NCBI RefSeq assembly: GCF_037042905.1
Contig: NC_087245.1
Coordinates: forward strand, 496,001-560,000
Source: Lytechinus pictus
Taxonomy: Eukaryota
Length of the DNA: 64,000 nucleotides
Direction of reading: 5' to 3'
How positions within the stretch are numbered: the first letter of the stretch is position 1; each line of letters starts with the position of its first letter. The notes below the pieces were generated by a model that saw nothing but the letters and a program-made list of their open reading frames with translations, ran no database searches and had not been told where the DNA came from. Shown here piece after piece: positions 63,941-64,000 of this stretch. Both the position numbers and the translations under genes were made by a program.

Positions 63941-64000
63941 CAACCCTGCAAGTATTTTTGTAAGATGTGTCCAACCATCCAGTGGATGCTAGTCTCTTTA

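Overview
AT-rich animal genomic DNA. The repeat families suggest a marine invertebrate, probably a sea urchin (inference). No prokaryotic features are present. The left 35 kb holds a minus-strand NKAIN gene (Na+/K+-ATPase-interacting protein). Six coding exons were reconstructed by hand (35255 to 4040, ~211 aa), plus a candidate 9-nt microexon at 858-866. Two phase-compatible plus-strand exons (60111-60279, 63273-63527) begin a secreted or receptor-type FN3 protein. The rest is a dense, deeply nested transposon mosaic: Helentron-like tandem-repeat elements; Kolobok-, piggyBac-, Harbinger-, hAT-, Academ-, Sola2- and Tc1-like MITEs; CR1, Ingi/Vingi, L2 and Tx1 LINE remnants; tRNA-SINEs; and a Penelope-like inverted insertion. 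Three observations stand out. (1) A young 4.4-kb LTR element has identical 165-bp LTRs with CG...CG termini and a tRNA-Leu-type PBS, lacks RT and integrase, and carries an intact 812-aa ORF made of a catalytically dead aspartic-protease fold plus three peptide-repeat arrays. (2) About 70 TACATGTA octamers are confined to the NKAIN gene body. In paralogous repeats they appear as CATGTA insertions at TA sites, the form of Tc1/mariner excision footprints. (3) The NKAIN microexon candidate has neural splicing motifs upstream. All coordinates and counts were read by eye and may be off by a few bases.
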